64,000 bases of DNA from positions 3,904,001 through 3,968,000 of the forward strand of contig OY762209.1 of the NCBI GenBank assembly GCA_963665295.1, in the 5' to 3' direction. Origin of the DNA: Syntrophorhabdaceae bacterium. Lineage in GTDB: Bacteria > Desulfobacterota > Syntrophorhabdia > Syntrophorhabdales > Syntrophorhabdaceae. Positions 49,867 through 60,098 of the stretch are shown one piece after another; the stretch's first letter is position 1; each line of letters begins with the position of its first letter. The translations under genes and the position numbers were made by a program. Below the pieces are notes generated by a model. That model ran no database searches. It was not told the DNA's origin and saw only the letters and a list, made by a program, of their open reading frames with translations.

Positions 49867-52800
49867 TATTGATAAATTGCTCCTTGACCTGATACATGAA
49901 CGCATCCAGTCTGGTCGTTATGTTGGTAAGACCCTGGCCGTCATAGGCCACGTTGATTATGGGGACATCGTATTTCTTCTGGATGAGTTTCATGATGGCG
50001 CTCGATATCGTCCCCGGCATACAGGTAAAGGGCATGGCGTTAACGATCCCCGAAACACCCTTGTCAATGAAATCGATGCTCTTCCCCACGCTCAAAACGG
50101 CCTCACCTTCGAAACTCACATCTACATAAGGACGCGCCTTCGTAATGATGGAGTCGACCGCCGGTTCAGGTCCGGACCTGAGCAGCCTATGGAAGACCTT
50201 TTCCATGGAGTGCTCGTCCTTCTTCTGGATGTAATCTGTGAGTAAAACGCTGAAGGCGTTGGAAAGGCTCGCGCTTTTCAGGCTCTTGGCCCTTGCTATA
50301 TAGTTGACGTAGGAAATCCACTCCCCAATAGGGGCGAGCCACACCTGCCCTCCCAACTCCTCTATCTTCTTTACGAGAGATCCATTGCTGAACCTGTTGG
50401 ACCTGATATAAATCTCGCCCACTACCCCCACCACGGGTTTGCTCGTCTGTTCCTTCTCGATTCCAAGGAAAGCCTTCGCGGAATCCTTGAGGGCTTCTAT
50501 GATATCTTCGCCCCCTTGCTCAATGGATGAGCAGATACGCGCAAGGGCCGTCTTATACACCTCTTCGGTCTCGCCTTTCCTCACCTCGAAAGGCCTTGTC
50601 TCGTGGAGCATCTTTATAAGCAGGTCAGAGGCAATTACAGCCCTCCATCCCAGGCGGGAGAACTTGTTCCCTACTATGTTCAGTTCCTTGTAGAACCGGT
50701 CATCCTGGTTGGGAGCATATATGGGCACCTTCTCAAAGCCCAGCTCGTCGAGGACCATCCTGTGGAATCTGTGATATTGTCCGAACCGGCAAGGACCGCT
50801 CCCGGAGGGCATGAAAAAAGCGCTGTTGTTACGGTCAAAATCTCTGCCGATTGTCTGTTTCACCATATCGCCCGTGGTAAGTATGCAGGGGAAACATTCC
50901 TTGCCCGTCGTGTATTTCCGTCCGATGGTGACCGATTCCTCGTCTGATTCATCCATCACCGAAGCCTCCACGTTACAGGCTCTGAAGGCGCTTGCAAGCG
51001 CCTTGGCATGGTCCGACATGTAAGGTATGTAAATCTTCTTTCTATGACCGTTCATCCGGAAAGCCGCAGCACTGCCCTGCGCCTCGGCCTTTTCGACCTT
51101 GGCGTTCTTGATGCTGTCCAGGAATGCTTCCAGCCTTGTCACGGCTCCGGCGTCGGCGCTATGCTCATCGATCTCCAATTGGAGGTACGGCTTGCCCTTC
51201 ATAATCTTTTTAAAGAAGTGGGTGATAAAAGAATCCGGGCCGCACCCGAAATTGGTGATGAAGATCGCGTACAAGTTGTCCTGTTTCCTGATGAGCTTCG
51301 CCGCCCTCAATATCTTCTGCCCGTATCCCCAGTACATGTCTTCGAGCCCGCGGTCTCCCTCCCGGTCTTTAGGGAGAGACACCATATCAAGGGGTATGGG
51401 GATCACGCCCAGGTCTATCAGTTTCTTGTTCAGATTCAGATTCGCCCCGGGGTCCGTGCTGTTGTACGGCCTGCCCACAATAACCATCGCCCTCTCATTC
51501 TCCTTGAGGCCGGACAGGAGGGCAGCGCCCTCTTCAAGACACGTCTTATGAAACTCCTCTTGCGCCCTGCCGGCCGCCTCGAAGGCTTTTCTGATCTCCC
51601 CTCTGGTCCTGTTCAATGCCTTTCCATAGGAAACGAGATCGTTAAGGGCGTGTTTCCTGCCGTCGCCCAGATGAATGATCGGCGAGTCAACGATCACGCC
51701 GGGCCCGTCGAAATCGATTGATGCTCTCACCGTATAAGGAATGGACTGGGCATAGGGACAGGCAAAAGAATTTGCCACGTTCTCGGTTATTTTTTTCATA
51801 TTTATGATGCTGGGGACAAATATGCGCTTTACCCCTTTCTTGAGCAGATTCAGGATGTGACCGTGGGCCAGCTTTATGGGGAAACACGTTTCCACAATGA
51901 TATTTTCTCCCCCATCGCGGATTATTCCCTTGTTGGTAGGGTCGGAAAGGACTACCGAGAAACCGAGCTCGCCGAAAAACGCCTTCCAGAAGGGAAGGAA
52001 TTCGTGCATATTGAGTATCAGCGGTATGCCGATCGTTTCCCCCTCCACCTTCTTGTCATAAGTCTTGTACAAGATTTCGGTTCTTCTTTTGAAAAGATCC
52101 GGAATATCCCTTTTCTCCGTTCGTTTCACCACGTCATACTTCTCGCACCTGCTCCCGTAAAAGAGGGGCACCTCCCGCTCCACCGTCACCTTTCTGATCT
52201 CGCAAAGGTTTTCGCACCCCTTGCATTCGAAGGTCTCTATCTCATACTGCCTCTTGCTGAGATCAAAACCTTTAAAGGTGCTCCTCTCCCAGTTCCTTTC
52301 CTTTGCCGCGAGTATGGCCACCCCTATCGCCCCGGTTACGTCGTGATGGGGCGGTACCGTGATCGGCCTTCCCGCCAGCACCTTCTCGAAAGCGGCTACC
52401 ACACCCTTATTAAAGGCGGTCCCTCCCTGAAAGAAGATCCTCTTTCCTACCCTCCTGTCTCCCACCACTTTATTGAGGTAGTTCGTGACTATGGAGTAAG
52501 AAAGTCCGCTTACAAGGTCTCCGGTCTTCGCCCCTTTTTGCTGATGGTGCACCACGTCCGATTCGATAAAGACGGTACACCTCTCTCCCATCCTGACGGG
52601 TTGCCTGGAGGAAAGGGCAAGGCTTGCGAATTCCTCTTTCACCGAAATACCAAGCCGCTCCGCCTGTTCCTCGAGAAAGGAACCCGTGCCTGCAGCGCAA
52701 GCCTTATTCATCTCAAAGTCGACGATTACGCCGTTATCGATGCTGATGTACTTCGAATCCTGTCCGCCTATTTCGAAAATAGTGTCGACTTCCGGGTCTA

Positions 52801-54007
52801 TCGCAATGGCGGCCTCAGCCTGAGCCGTAATCTCGTTTCTTACAATATCAGCCCCGATATAATCGGCGGTGAGATACCTCCCGGAGCCCGTGGTACCCAC
52901 TCCGATGATTTCGACTTTACCTTCCGTTTCTTCTCCTATTTCCGCCAACCCCCTCTTTACCGCTTCAAGAGGCCGTCCTTCCGTCATGAGGTACCTCTTG
53001 GCAAGGACGTTCCTTTCTTCGTCGATGAGTACAAGGTTGGTGCTTATCGACCCCACGTCAACGCCGAGATAGGCTCTTGTTTTCCCCTCAATCCTTCGCA
53101 TGGCATAGGAGACACACAGGTTGCCGTCTGATATTTCGAGCGGATCATGGGTCTCTTCGATCCTCTCCTTCTCAAGATGCCTGTTGAGATCCTCAAAACC
53201 GGTAAACCCACGCTTCAGCGACGGGTCGCCCGCCACTGTATAAACGGCGCCTATTGCACCCATGGACGTGAAATGCTCCGGAATAATGAAATCATCCTCA
53301 CTCAAGGAGAATACGTCCCGCATGGCTTTCCTCATACCCGCGTTCTGCGCCACACCGCCCACAAAGGCTACCGGATTTCTGATCTCCTTTCCCTTCGCGA
53401 TATTGCTCTTGAAGTTTCTCGCAAGGGCATAGCAAAGGCCCGCCACAATCTCATAGTCGGGCGTTGCTATCTGCTGGAGGTGTATCATATCCGACTTTGC
53501 GAACACCGTACACCGGCCGGCAATCCTCGGAGGATTGTCGGACTTCAGCGCGACTTCGCTGAACTCCTCAATGGTGAAGCGAAGTCGCGAAGCCTGCTGA
53601 TCAAGAAAGGATCCTGTGCCCGCGGCACACATGGCATTCATGGAAAAATCCTTCACTTTCAGCTTCTTATGGCCGCCTCCTTCAAATATTATGAGTTTGG
53701 AATCCGCCCCTCCGATATCTATCACGCTCCCCACGTGGGGATAAAGATGGCTGAATCCCCTGGCAAGGGCCACAACCTCATTGATGAAAGAGGCCCCGAT
53801 CATGGGGGCAAAGGCGCTTGCCGCAGTCCCCGTGGTCGCGATAAAATCCACGTCATAGTCTCTCAGAACGTCCCCGATGGCGTCCCTCGCCACCTCGAAG
53901 GGCCTTCCAAGGTGGCGCATATACATGCTTTTTAAGATCTTTCCTTTCTGATCCATCACGACGAGATCTACGCTCACAGAACCCATATCAATACCTATTC
54001 TGTACAT
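49859..54007 (-). CDS. Acyl-CoA dehydratase activase fusion (two BadF/BadG ASKHA ATPases + DUF2229-like domains)
   Basis: CAAGTGSFL twice, RCTVF twice, CKGCENLC, CFP, CGPD, CMP. Confidence 0.9.
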   Translation of the reverse strand: MYRIGIDMGSVSVDLVVMDQKGKILKSMYMRHLGRPFEVARDAIGDVLRDYDVDFIATTGTAASAFAPMIGASFINEVVALARGFSHLYPHVGSVIDIGGADSKLIIFEGGGHKKLKVKDFSMNAMCAAGTGSFLDQQASRLRFTIEEFSEVALKSDNPPRIAGRCTVFAKSDMIHLQQIATPDYEIVAGLCYALARNFKSNIAKGKEIRNPVAFVGGVAQNAGMRKAMRDVFSLSEDDFIIPEHFTSMGAIGAVYTVAGDPSLKRGFTGFEDLNRHLEKERIEETHDPLEISDGNLCVSYAMRRIEGKTRAYLGVDVGSISTNLVLIDEERNVLAKRYLMTEGRPLEAVKRGLAEIGEETEGKVEIIGVGTTGSGRYLTADYIGADIVRNEITAQAEAAIAIDPEVDTIFEIGGQDSKYISIDNGVIVDFEMNKACAAGTGSFLEEQAERLGISVKEEFASLALSSRQPVRMGERCTVFIESDVVHHQQKGAKTGDLVSGLSYSIVTNYLNKVVGDRRVGKRIFFQGGTAFNKGVVAAFEKVLAGRPITVPPHHDVTGAIGVAILAAKERNWERSTFKGFDLSKRQYEIETFECKGCENLCEIRKVTVEREVPLFYGSRCEKYDVVKRTEKRDIPDLFKRRTEILYKTYDKKVEGETIGIPLILNMHEFLPFWKAFFGELGFSVVLSDPTNKGIIRDGGENIIVETCFPIKLAHGHILNLLKKGVKRIFVPSIINMKKITENVANSFACPYAQSIPYTVRASIDFDGPGVIVDSPIIHLGDGRKHALNDLVSYGKALNRTRGEIRKAFEAAGRAQEEFHKTCLEEGAALLSGLKENERAMVIVGRPYNSTDPGANLNLNKKLIDLGVIPIPLDMVSLPKDREGDRGLEDMYWGYGQKILRAAKLIRKQDNLYAIFITNFGCGPDSFITHFFKKIMKGKPYLQLEIDEHSADAGAVTRLEAFLDSIKNAKVEKAEAQGSAAAFRMNGHRKKIYIPYMSDHAKALASAFRACNVEASVMDESDEESVTIGRKYTTGKECFPCILTTGDMVKQTIGRDFDRNNSAFFMPSGSGPCRFGQYHRFHRMVLDELGFEKVPIYAPNQDDRFYKELNIVGNKFSRLGWRAVIASDLLIKMLHETRPFEVRKGETEEVYKTALARICSSIEQGGEDIIEALKDSAKAFLGIEKEQTSKPVVGVVGEIYIRSNRFSNGSLVKKIEELGGQVWLAPIGEWISYVNYIARAKSLKSASLSNAFSVLLTDYIQKKDEHSMEKVFHRLLRSGPEPAVDSIITKARPYVDVSFEGEAVLSVGKSIDFIDKGVSGIVNAMPFTCMPGTISSAIMKLIQKKYDVPIINVAYDGQGLTNITTRLDAFMYQVKEQFINNE

Positions 54008-54099
54008 TTCATCCCCTCCGATATCTTAAAAAACTTTGATTTTGTGAGGTCCTTATGTTAATTATACTAAATATAGGAAGCAATCAACAGAAAAACAAC

Positions 54100-54375
54100 A
54101 TGATGAAGAGAGCGCACATTTCTGTACGAGGTTTAGTACAAGGCGTCTATTTCAGGCATTATACGGAGTTGACGGCGAAAAAACTGGAACTCACGGGGTG
54201 GGTAAGGAACCTCCGGGACGGGCGAGTAGAGGTGCTGTGCGAAGGGCCTGAAGAGCATGTCGAAGAATTGATCGCGTGGCTGAGGGAGGGTCCAAGGGCC
54301 GCCCGGGTGGAAGGCGCCGAAGTACTATGGGAGGAATATACGGGTGAGTTCGGAACTTTTGACGTCCGGTACTAG
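54100..54375 (+). CDS. acyP: Acylphosphatase
   Basis: VQGVYFR, GWVRNLRDGRVE. Confidence 0.95.
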   Translation: MMKRAHISVRGLVQGVYFRHYTELTAKKLELTGWVRNLRDGRVEVLCEGPEEHVEELIAWLREGPRAARVEGAEVLWEEYTGEFGTFDVRY

Positions 54376-55000
54376 CAAGTCTTATTATCCCGTGCTTCTC
54401 GACCTTTCTGAAAAGTCCTGCCTCGTCGTGGGAGGGGGAGATGTCGCTTATAGAAAGGTGCGCATTCTTCTCAAATTCAATGCCCGGATTAAACTCGTGA
54501 GTCCGAGGGTAACGAAGAGCCTCATCAGACTGGCGGAGGCCGGACGGATCGCCATTATCACGCGGGGGTATCTGACGGAAGATCTCGAAGGGACCGCACT
54601 CGTCTTCGCCGCAACGGACCTCGCAGAGATAAATGCGAAGATAAAGGCCGACGCAGGAGAGAGGAATATCCCCGTGAACGTTGTCGATAATCCTCAACTC
54701 TGCGATTTTATCGTGCCCTCCATCGTGAAGAAAGGCCCTATCAGCATTGCCATTTCCACATCCGGTACACTCCCTTCCCTGTCGAAGAAGCTGAGAAAGC
54801 TGATTACCACGCAAATTACCGACGATTACGTGAGATATGCAGAGATACTCGGACGAATAAGACGCCTCCTCATTGAAACGGAAAAGGACAGCAAAAGGAG
54901 AGGCATGCTGTTAAGGAAATTGGGCAACATGGATATCTCGGAGGTCAATAGAATGGGTTTCCGTGGAATCAAAAGCCGGTTCCTCACCACTCACAAATGA
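54344..55000 (+). CDS. sirC: Precorrin-2 dehydrogenase/ferrochelatase (SirC/Met8, CysG N-terminal)
   Basis: YYPVLLDL, VVGGGDVA, NVVDNP..CDF. Confidence 0.88.
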   Translation: MSSELLTSGTSKSYYPVLLDLSEKSCLVVGGGDVAYRKVRILLKFNARIKLVSPRVTKSLIRLAEAGRIAIITRGYLTEDLEGTALVFAATDLAEINAKIKADAGERNIPVNVVDNPQLCDFIVPSIVKKGPISIAISTSGTLPSLSKKLRKLITTQITDDYVRYAEILGRIRRLLIETEKDSKRRGMLLRKLGNMDISEVNRMGFRGIKSRFLTTHK

Positions 55001-55818
55001 GCTCATATTTTCTCGTCGCCACCCTCTGCCTCTATCTGGTTTCTACCGCCCTTTATCTCGTCTTTCTCGTGACTGACACCAAGCGACTCGGAGGACTGGC
55101 CTGGCTCGGCCTCTCGGGCGGTTTTCTCCTTCATCTGGTTTCTTTGATCCTCCGCTATGCCCAGACAGGGTATACACCCATCACAAACCTCCATGAAGCC
55201 CTCTCGTTTCTCGCCTTTTGCATTGCGGGGTTCTTTCTGTACCTCAGGAGGACTTACAAAATAGAGCTTGTGGGGTGCTTTGTAGCCCCCGTCATATCGG
55301 TCCTGCTCATATGGGCCCTCGCATCTCCGGCCGTGGCAAGACCCCTTCCGCCCATACTGAAAAGTTACTGGCTTCCCATTCATACGGTCTTTTCCTTTGT
55401 GGGCAACGCGATTTTCTTCATGGGCTTCTTTGTCTCCATACTCTATCTTATCGTTGAGAGGAGCATCAAGAAGAAGCGATCACTTTCCCTTTCAGCCCGG
55501 ATACCATCCCTCGAAACCCTTGATTCAATCAACTATACATGCATATCATACGGCTTTCCATTCCTTACTGTAGGCATTATCACCGGCTCCATCTGGGCAG
55601 GGTTCGCCTGGGGCTCTCACTGGAACTGGGATCCGAAGGAAACGTGGTCTCTCATAACCTGGATATGGTATGCCATTGTCCTTCATAACAGGCTTGCCAT
55701 CGGGTGGCGGGGGAGAAAAACCGCGTATATGATGATTATCGGATTCCTGGTAATGCTCTTTACCTTTCTGGGGGTAAACCTCTTTACGGGAGGACTGCAT
55801 TCCTACGTATCCTGGTGA
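54997..55818 (+). CDS. ccsA: Cytochrome c biogenesis CcsA/CcsB (HemX-like) membrane protein
   Basis: WWD domain WGSHWNWDPKETW; conserved His; GLHSY. Confidence 0.88.
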   Translation: MSSYFLVATLCLYLVSTALYLVFLVTDTKRLGGLAWLGLSGGFLLHLVSLILRYAQTGYTPITNLHEALSFLAFCIAGFFLYLRRTYKIELVGCFVAPVISVLLIWALASPAVARPLPPILKSYWLPIHTVFSFVGNAIFFMGFFVSILYLIVERSIKKKRSLSLSARIPSLETLDSINYTCISYGFPFLTVGIITGSIWAGFAWGSHWNWDPKETWSLITWIWYAIVLHNRLAIGWRGRKTAYMMIIGFLVMLFTFLGVNLFTGGLHSYVSW

Positions 55819-55827
55819 TTTCCTGTG

Positions 55828-57129
55828 ATGAAAGATAACCTCCATATAGGCGTACTCGGCCTGAACCATAATACCGCCCCTGTAGAGATACGGGAACGGT
55901 TCTATGTCGCCGAGGCCGCAACGCCCGACCTCCTGAAGGAACTCAAAGACCGCGGGCTGGATGAGACCGTGGTCCTCTCCACATGCAATCGCACGGAAAT
56001 ATACTATTCCTGCAAGAACTGCGAGGATCCTCTCAAAACAATCAGGGAGACGCTGCAACACCGGTTCCATATGGAACCGGAATACACGGACGCATATATT
56101 TATGTATTCCTTGATGAAGACGCATATAAACACCTGTTTCTCGTGGCCTCAGGGCTTGATTCGATGATCGTGGGAGAGCCCCAGATTCTCGGTCAGGTGA
56201 AGGACGCGTACCGCCTTGCCACATCCTGCCACACCACGGGCTTCCTTCTCGACAAGGTCTTCCATCGTACTTTCCACGTGGCCAAACGCATCCGGTCCGA
56301 GACCAGGATAGGCTACAATCCCGTGTCCATCAGTTCCATGGCGGTGGAACTCTCCAAGAAGATCTTCCTCGACCTCAGCCTTAAGAAGATTCTCGTCATA
56401 GGCGCGGGAGAAATGTGCGAGATCGCACTCAGGCACTTCAAGAAGGAAGGGCTCAGCGAGATATTCATTACAAACAGGACGTTCCAGGGAGCCCACAAGC
56501 TTGCCGAAGAGTACGCGGGCGTCCCCTATCCTTTCAAGGACATACCCGACCTGCTCGTAAAGGTCGACATGATCCTCTCGTCAACGGGTTCGGAACAACC
56601 TATAATAAACGCCGACCTCGTCCATTCCGCAATGAAGAGGAGGAAGAACCGGCCCCTTTTCTTCATTGACATTGCGGTGCCGAGAGACATAGATGCACGG
56701 GTGAATGACATAGAAAATGTGTATCTTTACGATATTGACGATCTCAAAGACCTTTCCCAGAGACACCTCTCCGACCGTCTGAAGGAATCTGAGAGGGCCC
56801 ACGAGATCATGGAAGAAGAAGCGGGGAAGTTCTCCGAATGGCTCAAACGTCTTGATATGGCCCCTATTATGGCCGGCATTTCCCAGAGGGTTGAAGACAT
56901 AAGGGTCGCGGAGATCAAAAAAGCCCTGCCGAAGCTCAAGGACCTCGACGAGGAAAGCCTGAACCGCGTGGACATCCTTACTAAAGCCATTACAAGCAAG
57001 TTGCTGCACCCCCACCTTGCGCTCATCAAAAGCGGCCATAGCCCGGAGGTGCTTGAAATAATGAAGAGACTGTTCAATTTAGAGGATGACAATGAAGAAG
57101 AGATGGATAATCGGCACGAGGGGGAGTAA
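55828..57129 (+). CDS. hemA: Glutamyl-tRNA reductase
   Basis: HNTAP, STCNRTE, GEPQILGQ, DIAVPRD. Confidence 0.97.
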   Translation: MKDNLHIGVLGLNHNTAPVEIRERFYVAEAATPDLLKELKDRGLDETVVLSTCNRTEIYYSCKNCEDPLKTIRETLQHRFHMEPEYTDAYIYVFLDEDAYKHLFLVASGLDSMIVGEPQILGQVKDAYRLATSCHTTGFLLDKVFHRTFHVAKRIRSETRIGYNPVSISSMAVELSKKIFLDLSLKKILVIGAGEMCEIALRHFKKEGLSEIFITNRTFQGAHKLAEEYAGVPYPFKDIPDLLVKVDMILSSTGSEQPIINADLVHSAMKRRKNRPLFFIDIAVPRDIDARVNDIENVYLYDIDDLKDLSQRHLSDRLKESERAHEIMEEEAGKFSEWLKRLDMAPIMAGISQRVEDIRVAEIKKALPKLKDLDEESLNRVDILTKAITSKLLHPHLALIKSGHSPEVLEIMKRLFNLEDDNEEEMDNRHEGE

Positions 57130-57991
57130 ACTGGCCCTGAAGCAGACAGACATGGTCATAGGGCAGCTTCAGCTTCTCTACCCTGACTTTCAATCCATTG
57201 TGAAAATCATAAAGACCACGGGCGACACCATCTGGGACAAACCCCTTCAGACCATCGGTGAAAAGGGGCTGTTTGTGAAGGAGATCGAGGACGCACTCCT
57301 TCAGGGAGAGATCGATCTCGCGGTGCACAGTATGAAGGACCTGCCCACCGACCTGCCTGAAGGTCTCACCATCGCCGCAATATTAAGGCGCGAGGACCCG
57401 CGGGACGCTTTCATATCCCCGGCCGGAAGAACTTACTCCGACATTGGAGAGGGTTCGAGGGTGGGCACCAACAGCCTGAGGAGGAAATCGCAGCTTCTCA
57501 ACCTGAAGAGGAGTGTGGTGATAATCCCTATCAGGGGAAACATAGATACGAGGATAAAGAAAATAGAGACTCTCAGCCTGGACGGCATCATACTTGCCCT
57601 TGCCGGGGTGAGGAGGATGGGGTTTGAGGACCTCGTGAGCGACATTCTACCCCTCGATACGATGGTGCCTCCGTCAGGTCAAGGTGCGATCGGAATCGAG
57701 ACACGGTCGGAACAGGTGACCCTTGACTTTCTCGCGCGCCTGGATGACCCTGTGAGCCACAATGAGGTGGAGATCGAGAGAAGGCTGCAGACCATGATAG
57801 GAGGCGGCTGCAGCGTCCCCCTGGGCATCAACGCGTCCATAATGGACGGTGAACTGATTCTACGAGCCTCCTACGGCGACGAAGAGGGCGCCGCCCTTAC
57901 GCGAGTGAGGGAAACCGGAGGCTTGGACAGGGCCGAAGACGTGGTCCTGGCCGCCTTGACGCAAATTAAAGGTTCCATGCCCTCATCCTGA
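57092..57991 (+). CDS. hemC: Hydroxymethylbilane synthase
   Basis: GTRGSKLA, VHSMKD, RGNIDTR, GGCSVP. Confidence 0.97.
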   Translation: MKKRWIIGTRGSKLALKQTDMVIGQLQLLYPDFQSIVKIIKTTGDTIWDKPLQTIGEKGLFVKEIEDALLQGEIDLAVHSMKDLPTDLPEGLTIAAILRREDPRDAFISPAGRTYSDIGEGSRVGTNSLRRKSQLLNLKRSVVIIPIRGNIDTRIKKIETLSLDGIILALAGVRRMGFEDLVSDILPLDTMVPPSGQGAIGIETRSEQVTLDFLARLDDPVSHNEVEIERRLQTMIGGGCSVPLGINASIMDGELILRASYGDEEGAALTRVRETGGLDRAEDVVLAALTQIKGSMPSS

Positions 57992-58132
57992 CGCAGGTCG
58001 AGGGCAGTTGAATATGAACGATTTGACCGGAGACGGCCCCGGATGGTTCCGGGAATGTTCGTACCTTTGTCGCATTCTACCGTGACCTGACGAAAACGTC
58101 GCCTTAAGAATATGGCCTCAAAAAATTCATGT

Positions 58133-59068
58133 TCACCGAGGAGGAGAAACGGCCTCGAAGTACTCTCTTGTCATCCTCACGTCCATGGCGATTCTTTCCT
58201 TGAGCTCGTCTACCGACCCAAATTTCGTTTCATTCCTGATCCGCCGGCAAAAGGAAAGGGTCACTTCCTGTCCGTAAAGATCGCCCGAGAAGTCGAGTAT
58301 GTAGGTTTCAATGGACAGTTCTTTGCCTCCGAAGGTAGGATTGTATCCTATGTTCGTCACCGAGCAAAAACGCCCCTTCCCCGTTTCTATTTCCGTTGAG
58401 TAGACACCCGTCTTCGGGACGAGTTGGAAGGCGCTCTCGATATTGATAGTGGGGAAACCCAGTTCTCTCCCACGGCCGAAGCCTTTTACTACCCGGCCTG
58501 TCATCATGTAGGGCCGGCCGAGAAAAGCAATCGCCCTTTCCGTCTCTCCTTCCTGAATCATGTGCCTGATCCTGTTGCTTCCGATCTTTTCTCCCCCCAG
58601 GGTAATGGGCTCCACTACTTCGAAAAAGAACCCGTATGTGTCGGACAACCGCCTTAGAAGATCGACGTCGCCCTTCCCCTGTTTTCCGAACCTGAAGTCG
58701 TACCCGACTATGAGTCCCTTAATTCCCAACCGGCCTACCAGAATGTCCTTCACGTAGTCTTCGGGCTCAACCCGCCTGAACTCCTCGGTAAAAGGCGCGA
58801 TAATAAGAACATCGATCCCGCATTCCTCGATGAGCCGCTTCTTGAGGGGTACCGGCGAAATGAGACCGATAAAGGCATCGGGCCTCACCACCGTGAGCGG
58901 GTGGGGATCGAAAGTCATCAGCATGGATGTTCCTCCCATGAGCCGCGCCTTTTCCTTTACCTGTTCAATAATGGTTTTATGGCCGATATGAACCCCGTCG
59001 TAGTTACCGATGGTCAACACGGGACTACTAAATCTCTCTGAAATATCGAGGGATTCGAAAATTATCAT
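58133..59068 (-). CDS. ribF: Bifunctional riboflavin kinase/FAD synthetase
   Basis: GNYDGVHIGH, GFPTIN, NIGYNPT. Confidence 0.96.
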   Translation of the reverse strand: MIIFESLDISERFSSPVLTIGNYDGVHIGHKTIIEQVKEKARLMGGTSMLMTFDPHPLTVVRPDAFIGLISPVPLKKRLIEECGIDVLIIAPFTEEFRRVEPEDYVKDILVGRLGIKGLIVGYDFRFGKQGKGDVDLLRRLSDTYGFFFEVVEPITLGGEKIGSNRIRHMIQEGETERAIAFLGRPYMMTGRVVKGFGRGRELGFPTINIESAFQLVPKTGVYSTEIETGKGRFCSVTNIGYNPTFGGKELSIETYILDFSGDLYGQEVTLSFCRRIRNETKFGSVDELKERIAMDVRMTREYFEAVSPPR

Positions 59069-59115
59069 AATTCACCTCTTGACATAGACTCAATATCCAT
59101 ATATTTTAATGCAGT

Positions 59116-59199
59116 GCCGAAGTGGCGGAATAGGCAGACGCGCTAGGTTCAGGGTCTAGTAGGTGCAAGCCTGTGCGGGTTCAAGTCCCGCCTTCGGCA
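59116..59199 (+). tRNA. tRNA-Leu(CAG), CCA not encoded
   Basis: Acceptor GCCGAAG/CTTCGGC, anticodon arm CTAGG-TTCAGGG-TCTAG, long variable arm, GGTTCAAGTCC T-loop; TTGACA at 59079. Confidence 0.96.
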
Positions 59200-59383
59200 T
59201 TTTAGTTTTCCCGGGCATAAACAGATTCACCTGACACACTGACAATCCCATCACTCAACAGTCCCCCAGAATACCACAGGATATAGGGTCAGTACAATAT
59301 CTTATGCAGGGAGAACGGCCTTCAGTTCCCTTCGGACCCCGCCCGGAGGCGATCTGCTCTTTCAGTGTTGTCTGTCGGCACGC

Positions 59384-59887
59384 TCATTTCTCGAGACACC
59401 GGGTAATCTCCCCTACATACATCCTGTGATAGTCTTTGAGAGGGTAAAACTCCTCTATTACCGGGTCCAGGAAATGGTCCGGCATAAGGTCCTGGTAGTA
59501 AAGCTTCCGACACACGAGCACCAATCTTCCCTCAGCAAAATAGACCACGTTCTTGTCAAAAATAGGGGTGAGGCCGGTCTCGGCGACCTTGTTTACGTCT
59601 CTTCCGGATTTTGTGCCGCAGTACTTGAGGACATCCCTGTGCTGTCCTTCCAGGAACGTGATCGTGTAGAAAGGTGATCTCTCCATAAATTCGTAGGTGT
59701 ACCGCGTGGGCCTTATCACGCAAAAGCAAATCTTCCTCTCCCATAGAACTCCCAGGCCTCCCCATGCGCCCGTCATGGTATTGAACGAACCCTTTGTGCC
59801 CGCGGTAATAAGCATCCAGTCCTTCCCGATAAGGGTGAAGGGGTTGTCATTTATGACTTCAGGGTCGATACTTTTGAATAGATCCAT
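59384..59887 (-). CDS. Flavin reductase-like (flavoredoxin) protein
   Basis: WMLITAG, NTMT..WG, RPTRYT, GTKSGRD, HRMYVGEI; AGGAGG RBS before ATG 59887. Confidence 0.88.
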   Translation of the reverse strand: MDLFKSIDPEVINDNPFTLIGKDWMLITAGTKGSFNTMTGAWGGLGVLWERKICFCVIRPTRYTYEFMERSPFYTITFLEGQHRDVLKYCGTKSGRDVNKVAETGLTPIFDKNVVYFAEGRLVLVCRKLYYQDLMPDHFLDPVIEEFYPLKDYHRMYVGEITRCLEK

Positions 59888-60098
59888 CAAGCCGCCTCCT
59901 TGGATATTCGTTTTTATCAAGTTCCTTGAGGTCTCCGCCTTCTCCATAGCGCAGGGCCGCCTCGTCTACCAGTAATCATAGGGTTTGGCCGGAGCCCTTG
60001 TCAAGGCTCAAGCCATCGCCGGGCCGGTTCGCTTCGGTCTTCCAATCCACGCTCATTTATACTAGACTACACGCAATGTTTAACCGACGGGGAGAATA

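Noticed and set aside
59116..60098. tRNA-Leu as an integration site
   Set aside because: No integrase and no duplicated tRNA 3' end seen in the window
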